In this document: in pieces, positions 25,544-35,324 of the stretch | Numbering within the stretch: the first letter of the stretch is position 1 | Layout of the letters: each line of letters opens with the position of its first letter | NCBI GenBank assembly: GCA_047616585.1 | Contig: JBLHGD010000001.1 | Span: 1-51,128, forward strand | Source: Candidatus Azotimanducaceae bacterium | GTDB lineage: Bacteria; Patescibacteriota; Minisyncoccia; Phycocordibacterales; UBA918 | Direction of reading: 5' to 3' | DNA: 51,128 nucleotides | Translations under genes and position numbers: made by a program | The notes under the pieces: generated by a model | Seen by the model: only the letters and a program-made list of their open reading frames with translations | Database searches by the model: none | Told to the model about the DNA's origin: nothing

Positions 25544-26662
25544 CTATTTTTTGCTTAATTGCTTTATGAGGGTATAAAAGTCATGGTGAGTGTCAGAATT
25601 TTTGTATGTACTACATACCAGATTTCGTCCTTTACTCCCCATATTCGCTCTAACGCTAGGATCTGATAGATGTTTTAGCGCAGCAATAAATGAAGCCTCA
25701 TCCCCTGGTGGGTATAGGACGCCATCCACACCTGAGGTAATAACTTTATCCGCGTCTGACGTGCTACTTGAAATAACTGGTATACCCATAGAAATATACT
25801 CCAACAATTTCGAAGCAAATGAAATTCTGGTAACCTCATTGGCGGGTCGGGGAACAACGAGAAGGTCACAGCTTTTCAAAAATGACGGGACCTGCTGGTG
25901 TGGTACGCCTTTTACAATGTGAATTTTTGTATTTGCCTTACTCTCGTCGTAATTGCCACTTATTAGGAGTGCTAAGTGATAACGCGGGTCATTTTTACTA
26001 AGCTTGTCAAATGCATCAAATAAAAAATCGAGCCCTTGATAGCTGCTTGAATTTCCTGCGTATCCGATAACAATATCATCCGGTGCACTTTTAAAATCAT
26101 ATGCCGCATCAGCATCCGGAGAGAAGAGAGCGACGTCTGCTCCATTATATACGGTGTGAGTGTTGGCATTATATTGAGCGATAATATCGGTTGCCGTCGG
26201 ACCACATGTAGTAACCATATCACACCACCAAAAAAAGAATTTATGAATCATCGTATTTACACGATACCTAACATACCCAATTGTTCCTGCCAACAGGCCC
26301 TCTTCGGCAATAAAGCCATGCATTTCCAGAAGTAATTTCCCCTTACTTATAAAACGCAAAACGAAGAGTTGCCTGATAGAGCCAAGTGTATGTCCTATTA
26401 CAACATCACAGTCCTTCCCTCTTAAACTCTTACGAATCACCGGCAGCATCTTGAAAAAACCATCCTGCACCTGCACATGTTCGGCACCCGGTACTGGATT
26501 TTCATCATCAGGTGAGACCACACGCAAACGTATGTCCGGTCGATCTGCAAGACCTTTGAGTAATTTTAATATTCTCATTGGAGTGCCTCGAGAGATCGAT
26601 AACTTGGATGTGACAACAGCCATCACTTCCACTGGTTTCTTTTCAAAATCAACTGTGTTCAT
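25544..26662 (-). CDS. Glycosyltransferase, GT4 family (GT-B fold)
   Basis: 372 aa with a C-terminal Glycos_transf_1-like region (CDLLVVPRP...FASKLLEYISMGIPVISS...G). Confidence 0.85.
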   Translation of the reverse strand: MNTVDFEKKPVEVMAVVTSKLSISRGTPMRILKLLKGLADRPDIRLRVVSPDDENPVPGAEHVQVQDGFFKMLPVIRKSLRGKDCDVVIGHTLGSIRQLFVLRFISKGKLLLEMHGFIAEEGLLAGTIGYVRYRVNTMIHKFFFWWCDMVTTCGPTATDIIAQYNANTHTVYNGADVALFSPDADAAYDFKSAPDDIVIGYAGNSSSYQGLDFLFDAFDKLSKNDPRYHLALLISGNYDESKANTKIHIVKGVPHQQVPSFLKSCDLLVVPRPANEVTRISFASKLLEYISMGIPVISSSTSDADKVITSGVDGVLYPPGDEASFIAALKHLSDPSVRANMGSKGRNLVCSTYKNSDTHHDFYTLIKQLSKK

Positions 26663-26931
26663 TGTTATATTAAAATTATTTTATACTCAACATCCGTGCA
26701 CCCTTCAAGATCACGACCCAAGATAGTAATTCTCTAGCGCGGATAAGCGCCACTGCGAACACTACTGGATTTACCTGATACAGAGCCCAGGAAATGGCTG
26801 TGCAGTGAGTTGTATAGTTATATCACAAATTATATATGGACCAAAAAAATACCCTCATATTCCGAAATACAAAGGCGATGGTCCGGCAATAGCACGCGAA
26901 CACGTATCTGCTTCAGATTATCTCCCCGCAA

Positions 26932-28581
26932 CTATATAGCAGATTTGCTTGAAGACGGACAGGTCGACACATCATATACGTACATATTCTTACCAAGCTG
27001 GCGAAGTGTGTAAAAAGACGGCATAAGCATGCGACCAAGATTGATATCAAAATCAAACACCTCAGTGTCTGGTACGCTATTACCAAAACGGGCAATTGGC
27101 GTGCAACCCGGGATACTCAGTTCGAGCACAACGATATCCACTGGCGCAAGCATCTCGAGTACTGCTTGGTCAGTATAATTGGTAACAACCAGTGGATTAA
27201 ATTCGATGTCAGCGTCAAGCGTTCGTCGATGCTTGCACGTTGAACCGCAGTTTTCTTCTGCAAAAATCTCATACGAAGCCCTGTTCATTGGTAGCGTGAG
27301 CTCAAAAATATCCTCCTTAATAAGAACCTCTTCAGTGCCGTACCGTGCTGTGAGAAAATCAGAAACGTCATTGTATGTGGTAGGAACTGAAAATAGCGCC
27401 ATTGTATGCATATAAATGAGCAGTCCGATAGAAATAAACCCGACAGCCACAGAACGTGCCGGCGCACGATACGCAACAATACAAAATAATAAAAAAAAGG
27501 CCAACGGGAAAATATGTCTGACATTTAATGAAAGACCGTGATCCGATCTAAAAAGCACCGACGCCATTAGGATGTAGATCACTCCATACGTGAGCGCGAG
27601 GTACGCAAGTGTTTTATCGCGCACACGCCATCCAGCAGCAGGAATCACAACGAATAGTAGTGCGAGAAATAGTAATGGGAACGCCTCAACTGCATGTCGG
27701 GCGTTCACAAGAAAAGCTTCAAAAAACGACAGTGCGGGCAAGTCGTCAATGATTATTTCAGCAGATGGCTGGAGCAGTGGCGTAATGAAGGACGACACCA
27801 ACTGAAATGTATTTTGGAAATTAAGTGCAACTACAGAAAGAAAAACAGCTCCTCCGCTAAGCACTATCAGAAAAAGACGCCGCAGTGACTTTGCGGTTTT
27901 GGGAAAGAAAAGAAAAAGTATCGGAATATTTATCAAAAAAACAGCCGCAAACGGAAAGTTGGCAGTTGCAAGAAATGCGGTAACGACCGAGATTACAGAT
28001 GAACGTCCGGAGATGCCGGACGTACGCTCTTCTGTAAGCGCACGATACAAGTATATAAACGAAATAACTCCAAGCGCCGTGGAGAGCATCCACATTTTCC
28101 CTGAACGCACTAGTAAGGATGCGAGCACATTGCCAAATACGAGCACGATAAGAGCAAAGCGCCACCATGAAGAAGTAACATGGGCTTTTAAAAAGCGATA
28201 CACCACAGCGAGCAAAACGATCGATGTAAGAACAGAAACAATGCGTGATGGGATCAGCGTGTACGAAGGATTGAGGATGAGCAACGTTTTAAGCGCCTCG
28301 AGATCAAATCCAGTAAATACAAAGCCAGCAGCAAGCGCGAACGCCATAGCTATATAATTCTGAAAGAATGAGATTGTTCCATACGGGACATCCCCTCCAG
28401 GAAAGAGAGTATGCGCCTCCATAGCACGCAACACGCCACCACCAAAAGACCATACATCAGTAATAGTATTGACCATGGGAATCGCATACCACACACCGAC
28501 AAAAAAACTGACGCCAAATACAATCACCATCAGGTCTTCTTTCGTTAAGGAGTACAGTTTTTTCAGGATACGCGTCTTCAT
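26932..28581 (-). CDS. Polytopic membrane protein with a C-terminal soluble domain. It may be a GT-C-type glycosyltransferase or polymerase.
   Basis: 549 aa with at least 10 hydrophobic helices over the first roughly 400 aa, then a soluble tail of about 140 aa. No confident family motif was seen. It sits within the glycan locus. Confidence 0.65.
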   Translation of the reverse strand: MKTRILKKLYSLTKEDLMVIVFGVSFFVGVWYAIPMVNTITDVWSFGGGVLRAMEAHTLFPGGDVPYGTISFFQNYIAMAFALAAGFVFTGFDLEALKTLLILNPSYTLIPSRIVSVLTSIVLLAVVYRFLKAHVTSSWWRFALIVLVFGNVLASLLVRSGKMWMLSTALGVISFIYLYRALTEERTSGISGRSSVISVVTAFLATANFPFAAVFLINIPILFLFFPKTAKSLRRLFLIVLSGGAVFLSVVALNFQNTFQLVSSFITPLLQPSAEIIIDDLPALSFFEAFLVNARHAVEAFPLLFLALLFVVIPAAGWRVRDKTLAYLALTYGVIYILMASVLFRSDHGLSLNVRHIFPLAFFLLFCIVAYRAPARSVAVGFISIGLLIYMHTMALFSVPTTYNDVSDFLTARYGTEEVLIKEDIFELTLPMNRASYEIFAEENCGSTCKHRRTLDADIEFNPLVVTNYTDQAVLEMLAPVDIVVLELSIPGCTPIARFGNSVPDTEVFDFDINLGRMLMPSFYTLRQLGKNMYVYDVSTCPSSSKSAI

Positions 28582-28588
28582 AAATTAG

Positions 28589-28605
28589 AGTTTACCACGT
28601 ATACT
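28589..28605. promoter_or_regulatory. Back-to-back -10 boxes in a 31-nt divergent intergenic region
   Basis: TAAACT (minus strand, 28594-28589) lies 7 nt before ATG 28581. TATACT (plus strand, 28600-28605) lies 7 nt before ATG 28613. There is no room for leaders or an SD. Confidence 0.4.
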
Positions 28606-28612
28606 AAGCCAA

Positions 28613-29071
28613 ATGACACGATTCGAAGATATACACAGAAGGATCGAAACGAGATTGGGAGCGCGTGCATTTAAGCTTATTCGCTATCTTATTTCTGGTG
28701 GCACAGCTGCTCTAGTTAACTGGACCACCCTCTTCCTGCTTGTGCATTTTGCTCAGATGTACTACTTATATGCGACCATACTTGCATTTATAGTATCTAT
28801 TGCTGCTTCCTTTACAATGCAAAAATTCTGGACATTCCGCGACAATCAAGTACACGACATACACAAACAGTTTACTCGCTATCTTGGTGTAATTTCCCTA
28901 AGCTTGCTCTTGAACACCGCGCTGGTCTATCTCCTAGTAGAAAAAATGCATACGTGGTATTTGCTTGCACAAATAATTGCAACCGTAATTATTGCCATAA
29001 CTAACTTTTTTGCATATCGACATTTTGTGTTTCGCGAACGAAGCGTGCCTAATACTGAGACCCCTGACTAA
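28613..29071 (+). CDS. GtrA-family membrane protein (lipid-linked sugar translocation)
   Basis: 152 aa with four TM helices, LIRYLISGGTAALVNWTTLFLLV and a C-terminal FFAYRHFVF, typical of GtrA-like proteins. Confidence 0.85.
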   Translation: MTRFEDIHRRIETRLGARAFKLIRYLISGGTAALVNWTTLFLLVHFAQMYYLYATILAFIVSIAASFTMQKFWTFRDNQVHDIHKQFTRYLGVISLSLLLNTALVYLLVEKMHTWYLLAQIIATVIIAITNFFAYRHFVFRERSVPNTETPD

Positions 29072-29076
29072 ATTAC

Positions 29077-30393
29077 ATGAACTTCATACGTTCCCACAAA
29101 ACAGAACTGATACTCTTTATTCTATCTTTTGTAATTCACCTTACACTTTTTTCTGCAATGATTGAAGAGTTGGGCTCCGTGCTTGATACCGTTCGAGTTG
29201 ATGACGGATACTTTGAGCTCACACAGAATGTACTTGCAGGTAACGGATTTTCATGGAGTGCTGAAGCGCCATATGCACCAAACCCGCTACGCACCCCAGG
29301 CTATATATATGTATTGGCGTTACTCATAAGCGTCGTAGGCATTACTGGCGCTGCACTGATACAGCTCGTCGCATCCTCTCTCATCCCTGTTTTTGGTTTT
29401 TATATTGCCCAACGTATTACAGGCTCAAAAAAAGCCGCCATATTCACAGGTGTCATACTCGCAGTTGACCCAATGCTTGCATTCCTTTCATTTCAGTTTT
29501 ATACCGACACACTCTTTTTACTACTCTTTCTTCCGTGGCTTCTTCTCACATTCCGCTATGCCAAAAATCCAAATATAAAGACCCTGATTATATGCGCGAT
29601 ACTTCTGGGCATTGCGATACTGGTGCGGCCAGTAGTTCAGTATGTGCCTATACTTATTGCTCTTTGTATTATGTGGCAATTCGGAAAACATAATTGGCAC
29701 AAGAGCGCTATACATATTGGTGTATATTTTATTATCATTGGCGCAATACTCACGCCATGGATTATGCGTAACGTTGCCACCTTTGACAGCCCCGGCCTGA
29801 GCGCACAATCATCATTTGTACTGTATACCAACCTTGCTCCCGCAGTACTGAGTGTTGCTAACGGCACCAACTTTCAAGAAGAGCGTGACTCTTTCCTCAC
29901 ATTTGAAGAATATAAAGGAGACACTATCACGCTTAAAAATGCGAGCACCTACACAGAAAAAGCGATCGATATCGTACTCGAGCATCCAGCAGCAACCGCA
30001 TATGTGATGAGCAAATCAGTTTTCACATTCTTCACAAATGACGGTTTCTATACACTCCTAGGTCGCCTTGGGCATGAGCCAAGAGACTCTCTTGCATTTC
30101 TGGTAGTGATGCGTCTGGTATGGATTTTTATAACCCTTGCTGCATTTGTTGGAGCACTACGGTATATCTTCATACAACGAAGCCCTTGGGCAATATTCAC
30201 CGTAACGCTTGTCGCGTACTTCGCTGCAACGAGCACCATCGCTGCCTTTGGCACCAACCCCCGCTATCGGCTTCCGGTTGACCCCATCATACTTGCCCTT
30301 GCGGCAATTGGCGCCGTATACATACGTACCTGGGTAGAGAGGTACAACATAGTACCTAAAATTAAAAAGATGATAAGACGCGATAATATATAA
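29077..30393 (+). CDS. GT-C fold membrane glycosyltransferase (ArnT/PMT, GT39/GT83-like)
   Basis: 438 aa with about 11 TM helices. The first loop carries an acidic motif (VRVDDGYFEL) as in ArnT/PMT enzymes. It follows gtrA after a 5-nt gap. Confidence 0.78.
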   Translation: MNFIRSHKTELILFILSFVIHLTLFSAMIEELGSVLDTVRVDDGYFELTQNVLAGNGFSWSAEAPYAPNPLRTPGYIYVLALLISVVGITGAALIQLVASSLIPVFGFYIAQRITGSKKAAIFTGVILAVDPMLAFLSFQFYTDTLFLLLFLPWLLLTFRYAKNPNIKTLIICAILLGIAILVRPVVQYVPILIALCIMWQFGKHNWHKSAIHIGVYFIIIGAILTPWIMRNVATFDSPGLSAQSSFVLYTNLAPAVLSVANGTNFQEERDSFLTFEEYKGDTITLKNASTYTEKAIDIVLEHPAATAYVMSKSVFTFFTNDGFYTLLGRLGHEPRDSLAFLVVMRLVWIFITLAAFVGALRYIFIQRSPWAIFTVTLVAYFAATSTIAAFGTNPRYRLPVDPIILALAAIGAVYIRTWVERYNIVPKIKKMIRRDNI

Positions 30394-30400
30394 TATACAT

Positions 30401-30694
30401 ATGAAAACTCTTTCAGAATGGCAGAATGCATTAAAGAAAGCTGCAGATAGTAAGTTTCCGGATACTGCTTCTGGTACATTTGATCGTGTGAGCTCACTTC
30501 AAGATCAGCTCGATGATGTGAAAGCAGGCACTGCTGTTGAGCTTGGGACGCTCCAAAGCAATGACCACGCCCACCAAGACGTGGACCACCGCATAGGAGC
30601 ACTTATCGCAGACGCCCTTATTTTAGCTGAAGAACGCGGTTCGGACATTGAGCTTGAACTAGAAAAAGTGCTCGCATGGTTTGAGGGACGATAA
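30401..30694 (+). CDS. Small all-alpha protein, tentatively MazG-like NTP-pyrophosphohydrolase superfamily
   Basis: 97 aa. It starts 7 nt after the GT-C stop. The segment IGALIADALILAEERGSDIELELEKVL resembles the C-terminal helix of MazG-type proteins, but the canonical N-terminal ExxE motif is not obvious. Confidence 0.4.
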   Translation: MKTLSEWQNALKKAADSKFPDTASGTFDRVSSLQDQLDDVKAGTAVELGTLQSNDHAHQDVDHRIGALIADALILAEERGSDIELELEKVLAWFEGR

Positions 30695-30873
30695 TTTTTT
30701 AGGAAACCCTTTTGTAAGAGGGCCAGAAATGGGGTTCGAGTATTTCAGCGGTTATATCGAAGCGGGAGTTACTTGAACTATAGGAATAGTCCTATACGTG
30801 GTGGCAACGTTTTTGGGGATTGCGTTATTGTATTTTTGTACTGCATACCTAGTTTAAAAACTGCACCGATACA

Positions 30874-31869
30874 TTAGAGCAATACACGCTTCCCTTCTTT
30901 CGCTGAAGTACGCATTGCTTCAAGCACGGTTGCTTGGGCAAGTATGCGCTCATACATATCTTCAAATTGCACACTATCATTTTTTGCAATAGCTTTGAAG
31001 AAGAAATCAAAGCTCAGTTCAAATTGGTTAGCTGCTGGAACAACAAGGTTCTCAGTTTTGTCTTCCTTGCCATTATTTGTGATATGAACTACGGGTGGTT
31101 CTAAAGTCGGTGGTATAGCAAACGCTCTTTTTGTTTGCAACATACCCTTCGACCCCAGTACCGAATATGTATTTTGGTATAAATGATCAAAACCAAAGGA
31201 CATCAGTGCTTCCCCATGCGCAAACTCAAAGAGTGCTGATCCAGCAATGTCTACATCTTTTGACTCAGAGGATATTCTGCACGTCACCGCAATTGGTTCT
31301 GCCTGCATAATCTTACGTGCCATAAACGCAGTGTAACAACCACAGTCGTTTATCGCTCCTCCTCGTAACTCAGGATTATTTCGAATATTACCCACTTCAA
31401 ACGGCGGAAAAGCGAAAGCTCCATTCCATACGCGAGGTGTCCCGATGTGACCTTCTTCTATAAGCGAAAGTATCTTTGCATGTTGTGGGTGAAATTCTAG
31501 TGCGAAATTCTCATAGAGTGCTACATTGGCTTCTTTACAAGCCTGTACCATTTTTTTTGCTGACTCAAGACTGTACGTGATAGATTTCTCGCACATGACA
31601 TGCTTCCCTGCCGCTGCAGATTTCAGCGTCCACTCTTCTTGCAAGCCTACAGGGAGTGGGCTGTATATGACATCAATATCTGGGCGAGCAATGAGGGATT
31701 CATATCCTTCCGCCTCAAGACCGTGCTCAGAAGCGCACGCATCTGCTTTTTCTTTAGAGCGGCTGGCGATGGCCACCAGCTCAACATCAGGGAGCGCTTT
31801 AAAAGCTGGAATTGCATACCGCCTCGCAATTTCCGCACACCCTAATATTCCAACACGAACTTTTTTCAT
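30874..31869 (-). CDS. Gfo/Idh/MocA-family NAD(P)-dependent oxidoreductase (candidate sugar 3-ketoreductase, KijD10/TylC1-like)
   Basis: The start is set at ATG 31869 (MKKVRVGILGCAEIARRYAIPAF), which forms an ATGA overlap with the upstream stop. The track start is a GTG. Confidence 0.88.
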   Translation of the reverse strand: MKKVRVGILGCAEIARRYAIPAFKALPDVELVAIASRSKEKADACASEHGLEAEGYESLIARPDIDVIYSPLPVGLQEEWTLKSAAAGKHVMCEKSITYSLESAKKMVQACKEANVALYENFALEFHPQHAKILSLIEEGHIGTPRVWNGAFAFPPFEVGNIRNNPELRGGAINDCGCYTAFMARKIMQAEPIAVTCRISSESKDVDIAGSALFEFAHGEALMSFGFDHLYQNTYSVLGSKGMLQTKRAFAIPPTLEPPVVHITNNGKEDKTENLVVPAANQFELSFDFFFKAIAKNDSVQFEDMYERILAQATVLEAMRTSAKEGKRVLL

Positions 31870-32507
31870 ACAAGAATTGCACACACATTGCGCGCTAAAG
31901 AATTAACAACTTTGTCTACTAATAAAAGTTTTTTTATCTCTGGAAGGGTCAACCAGATATAGTCATCTGTGATCGGGACTTCTTCTGACTCGTCTACTAA
32001 GACCACCATAGACCTATTAACTTTACGATAAAACCTACCGCCATCCTCAACACCGGCAACCGAACTTACTAAGGTACCCTTGGTTCCGTCAAAGTACTCT
32101 GTGAGTCTTGGACGTTGCCCTTTGTGCGCTTGCGAGAGATTCCCTTCTGAGGCTTGGAGTGCTGGTGAAATTTGTAGCAAGTCTACATTCCCAGGTTCAA
32201 ATTTTGCATAAAACAGGTGCCGCTTTACGCCGTCTTTTTCTTGAACAATGACACCTGAAATACCAACCTCCTCTTGTTTCAACATCGGCTGACTCCATGA
32301 AAGGATCTCGCGATCGCCAGCACCCTTCACACTGACTCCGACAATTGAAAAGAATTTTCCGCTTTCGTGCACTATATTTCCAGTTGCTGAATCTGTCCTC
32401 CACCCTACTGTTTGTTTGACACTGATCTCTTCAACGACAGCAGGATATGCATCACGTCGAGCTTTTAGCCATTCTAATATTGGCTGAATATCTACGTCTT
32501 CGCTCAT
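31866..32507 (-). CDS. NDP-hexose 2,3-dehydratase domain protein (single-domain, half-size)
   Basis: 213 aa. GKFFSIVGVSV...REILSWSQPMLKQEEVGISGVIVQEKDGVKRHLFYAKFEPGN matches the Hexose_dehydrat (EvaA/TylX3) domain pattern. Confidence 0.78.
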   Translation of the reverse strand: MSEDVDIQPILEWLKARRDAYPAVVEEISVKQTVGWRTDSATGNIVHESGKFFSIVGVSVKGAGDREILSWSQPMLKQEEVGISGVIVQEKDGVKRHLFYAKFEPGNVDLLQISPALQASEGNLSQAHKGQRPRLTEYFDGTKGTLVSSVAGVEDGGRFYRKVNRSMVVLVDESEEVPITDDYIWLTLPEIKKLLLVDKVVNSLARNVCAILV

Positions 32508-33733
32508 ACAATTTCAACGTTAGGTACAGGAATAATAAACTTCGCCCCACGATCACGGAGTGCTTTTTCTTTTTCAAGAATAAAGTCGCGGTAATTCCAC
32601 GCAAGAAGTAAAACATAGTCTGGCGTTTCATTCTCTAAAATATCAGGCGATACAACCGGAATGTGACTTCCAGGTGCTAGGAGTCCAATCTTATAGGGCG
32701 TTGTGTCGGTAATATACACAATGTCGTCGGGAGTAAAGCCGCAGAAATTTAAAAGTGTATTGCCTTTTGCTGGAGCACCATATGCTGAGACAGCCTTACC
32801 ATCTTTGCGGAAGCCGCGGACGAGTCCGGTGAGCTTTTCGCGAATGGCATCCACATCTTTTTGAAAACTATCAAACCCAGAAAGATCATGCAGTCCCGCT
32901 TTCTCTTCGAGTGCTAAAAGTTCCTGCACGTTCTCGTGGAGAGGTTCGTTTGTAGCAAGTCTCGCATATACGCGAATCGAACCGCCGTGCATAGAAACTC
33001 GTCGAACATCAGATACTTCCATGTCAAAACGTTTGAAAAAGTGAATGAGCGGCTTCACACTGTAATAACACAAGTGCTCGTGATAGACCGTATCGAATTC
33101 ACGTTTTGAAACTAGATCGAGCAGATAATGTGACTCGGAGACAAATACCCCATCGTCTGCTAGGAGCACCTTCACTGCCTCTACAATCTCATCAATATTA
33201 TCAATGTGCGCAAACACATTATTGGCTGTTATGACCTTTGCTTTACCGTGTTTTGCAACTATGTCTTTTGCCATTTCAATTGTGAAAAAGCCGTCAACTG
33301 TATCAACCCCTTTCTCTCGAGCCACATCAGCGACATTAGAGGATGGCTCGACACCAAGTACACGATATGTATCTTTGAAAAATTGTAAGAGCACTCCGTC
33401 ATTTGAACCGATATCGACGATCAAATCACCTTCATCTAGGTTGTCGTTTTTGAGGTCATCTGCGTATGAGCGAAAATGATCAACCAGCGGTTTGGAAGCT
33501 GAGGAAAAATATGCATAATCGCCATGGAATAACTCCTCCTCATCAACAACGTCAAGAAGTTGCGCGAGGCTACATTCACCACAAAAATATACATCCAATG
33601 GATATCGATTCTCATCTTTTATCTGCTCTTTGCTCAAGAAATTATCTACCGGTGGATGATCACCGAGGGAAAGAACCCGAGTGAGGTCGGTGTTTTTACA
33701 GATTCGGCATTGTTCTTTGTGTACGTAACTCAT
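32504..33733 (-). CDS. SAM-dependent NDP-hexose C-methyltransferase (TylC3/EryBIII-like)
   Basis: 409 aa with an N-terminal Zn-ribbon (CRICKNTDLTRVLSLGDHPPVDNFL...CGEC), a class I SAM motif (LIVDIGSNDG) and a C-terminal C-methyltransferase-type domain. Confidence 0.88.
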   Translation of the reverse strand: MSYVHKEQCRICKNTDLTRVLSLGDHPPVDNFLSKEQIKDENRYPLDVYFCGECSLAQLLDVVDEEELFHGDYAYFSSASKPLVDHFRSYADDLKNDNLDEGDLIVDIGSNDGVLLQFFKDTYRVLGVEPSSNVADVAREKGVDTVDGFFTIEMAKDIVAKHGKAKVITANNVFAHIDNIDEIVEAVKVLLADDGVFVSESHYLLDLVSKREFDTVYHEHLCYYSVKPLIHFFKRFDMEVSDVRRVSMHGGSIRVYARLATNEPLHENVQELLALEEKAGLHDLSGFDSFQKDVDAIREKLTGLVRGFRKDGKAVSAYGAPAKGNTLLNFCGFTPDDIVYITDTTPYKIGLLAPGSHIPVVSPDILENETPDYVLLLAWNYRDFILEKEKALRDRGAKFIIPVPNVEIV

Positions 33734-34587
33734 GGGGTGATTTTAGCTGATTGTAAATATAATTTCCACTCACCTTCAATATATTCCTCAAGTGCCTCCT
33801 GCCAGGGTCGCAGAGTGCACCTACTGGAAACAATGGATTCATTACTTGGAAGTGTGGCTCCAGATGAAAAAAAACTTCGATCGACTGCTTTTATTGTAAC
33901 GCTTGGTTTGAGCTGCTGCGCTATGTGGTGAGCGAGATCATGACGGGTCGCAACACCTGCATTTGCGATATGTACAACGCCTGTTTCTTCGTTTGCGAGA
34001 AGTTCTTTGATAGCCATTATGAAATCTTTGCCATATGTTGGTGATCCGTACACATCGCTTAAGGCCACAATCTCTGACTTGTCGAGTTGTCGTATGATAT
34101 TGCCGTAAAATTTGTTGTCGCGCTCTGGACCTCCACCAAAGACCCACGACGTACGCGCAATAATATATTTTGATGAATGAGCTGCAGTAATGAGTTCCCC
34201 GAAGTATTTGGTGCGAGCATAGTGTGACTCTGGCTCAGGGATATCCTCTTCGGTATATGGATTCTTCTTCTCCCCATTAAATACACGAGATGTTGAAACA
34301 TAGACCATTGTTGCACCCACGCTGCGGGCAGCGCAAGCGACATTATAGGTCCCGCGCACATTCAGCTCATACGCATACATTGGCTCTTTTTCAGTACGAG
34401 TCATATCAGTTGCTCCCGCCAAGTGTATGATCGCTGAGGGAGTATGCTTCTGCACATAGTCCACCACTTTCTCTCTATCTAAAATATCTAATGCAGTAGA
34501 ATCTGGGCGCAGACCAAAGTCGACATACGAACCCAACATTCCACCTGAACCTGTAGTTAAGATTCGGGAATCATCAAACTTTTTCAT
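33730..34587 (-). CDS. RmlD-family NDP-4-keto-6-deoxyhexose reductase
   Basis: 285 aa. ILTTGSGGMLGS, STSRVFNG and YARTKYFGE (YxxxK) fit the dTDP-4-dehydrorhamnose reductase family. Confidence 0.85.
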   Translation of the reverse strand: MKKFDDSRILTTGSGGMLGSYVDFGLRPDSTALDILDREKVVDYVQKHTPSAIIHLAGATDMTRTEKEPMYAYELNVRGTYNVACAARSVGATMVYVSTSRVFNGEKKNPYTEEDIPEPESHYARTKYFGELITAAHSSKYIIARTSWVFGGGPERDNKFYGNIIRQLDKSEIVALSDVYGSPTYGKDFIMAIKELLANEETGVVHIANAGVATRHDLAHHIAQQLKPSVTIKAVDRSFFSSGATLPSNESIVSSRCTLRPWQEALEEYIEGEWKLYLQSAKITP

Positions 34588-35324
34588 ATCTCCTTCTCCG
34601 CCATGAAGTTGCCTGACTTCAGAAGAGAATCAAACGTTCCAGCGTCAGACCAGAACCCCTCAATAATACTGTGCCTTAAATCTTTTTGGTCTAAGAACAA
34701 GTTATTTACATCAGTAATTTCAAGTTCACCTCGTGCTGAAGGTTTTAGATTTTTCAGCTTGGCAAATACGGTTTCATCATAAATATAAAATCCAGTTTGT
34801 GCATAATTTGATTTTGGTTTTTCCGGCTTTTCCTCAATCAATATAATGATCTCATTTTTTTCATCAAAAACTGGGACACCAAAACGTCCCGGATTTTCCA
34901 TTTCCTTAAAGAAAACGGTTGCCCCTTTTTTGAATTCACCCACTTCTTTTGCGAAATTCGTTTCAAAAATATTATCGCCTAATATAACAGCTATAGGTCC
35001 TTCGTCTGCAAAATCTTCTGTATATTTAAGAGCATCTGCAATACCTCCGTTATTCATGTCTTGAATAGCATACGATAGTGCAACACCATATTCTTTCCCT
35101 GAACCTAAGAAGTTCATGAAGTGCCCTGCGTGCTCACGTCCACAAACAATCATGACCTCATCGATGCCAGATTGCTTGAGTGTTTCCAATGGATATAAAA
35201 TCATTGGCTTGTCGTGTACGGGTAACAAGTGTTTGTTAGTAATTCGAGTCAGAGGAGCCAAGCGAGTGCCTAATCCTCCAGCCAAAATGACACCTTTTAT
35301 TTTTTTAGATTGTGTTCTTTCCAT
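34584..35324 (-). CDS. rfbA: Glucose-1-phosphate thymidylyltransferase-like sugar nucleotidyltransferase
   Basis: 246 aa with KGVILAGGLGTRLAPLTRITNKHLLPVHDKPMILYPLETL. The symbol follows from operon context with rfbB and is less certain than the family call. Confidence 0.85.
   Translation of the reverse strand: MERTQSKKIKGVILAGGLGTRLAPLTRITNKHLLPVHDKPMILYPLETLKQSGIDEVMIVCGREHAGHFMNFLGSGKEYGVALSYAIQDMNNGGIADALKYTEDFADEGPIAVILGDNIFETNFAKEVGEFKKGATVFFKEMENPGRFGVPVFDEKNEIIILIEEKPEKPKSNYAQTGFYIYDETVFAKLKNLKPSARGELEITDVNNLFLDQKDLRHSIIEGFWSDAGTFDSLLKSGNFMAEKEI

Noticed and set aside
30725-30750. tRNA-like GGTTCGAG T-loop motif in the convergent intergenic region 30695-30873
   Set aside because: The flanking bases cannot form a T-stem, and no acceptor, D or anticodon arms can be drawn. 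The nearby tataggaatagtcctata hairpin is just a short stem-loop between convergent genes.
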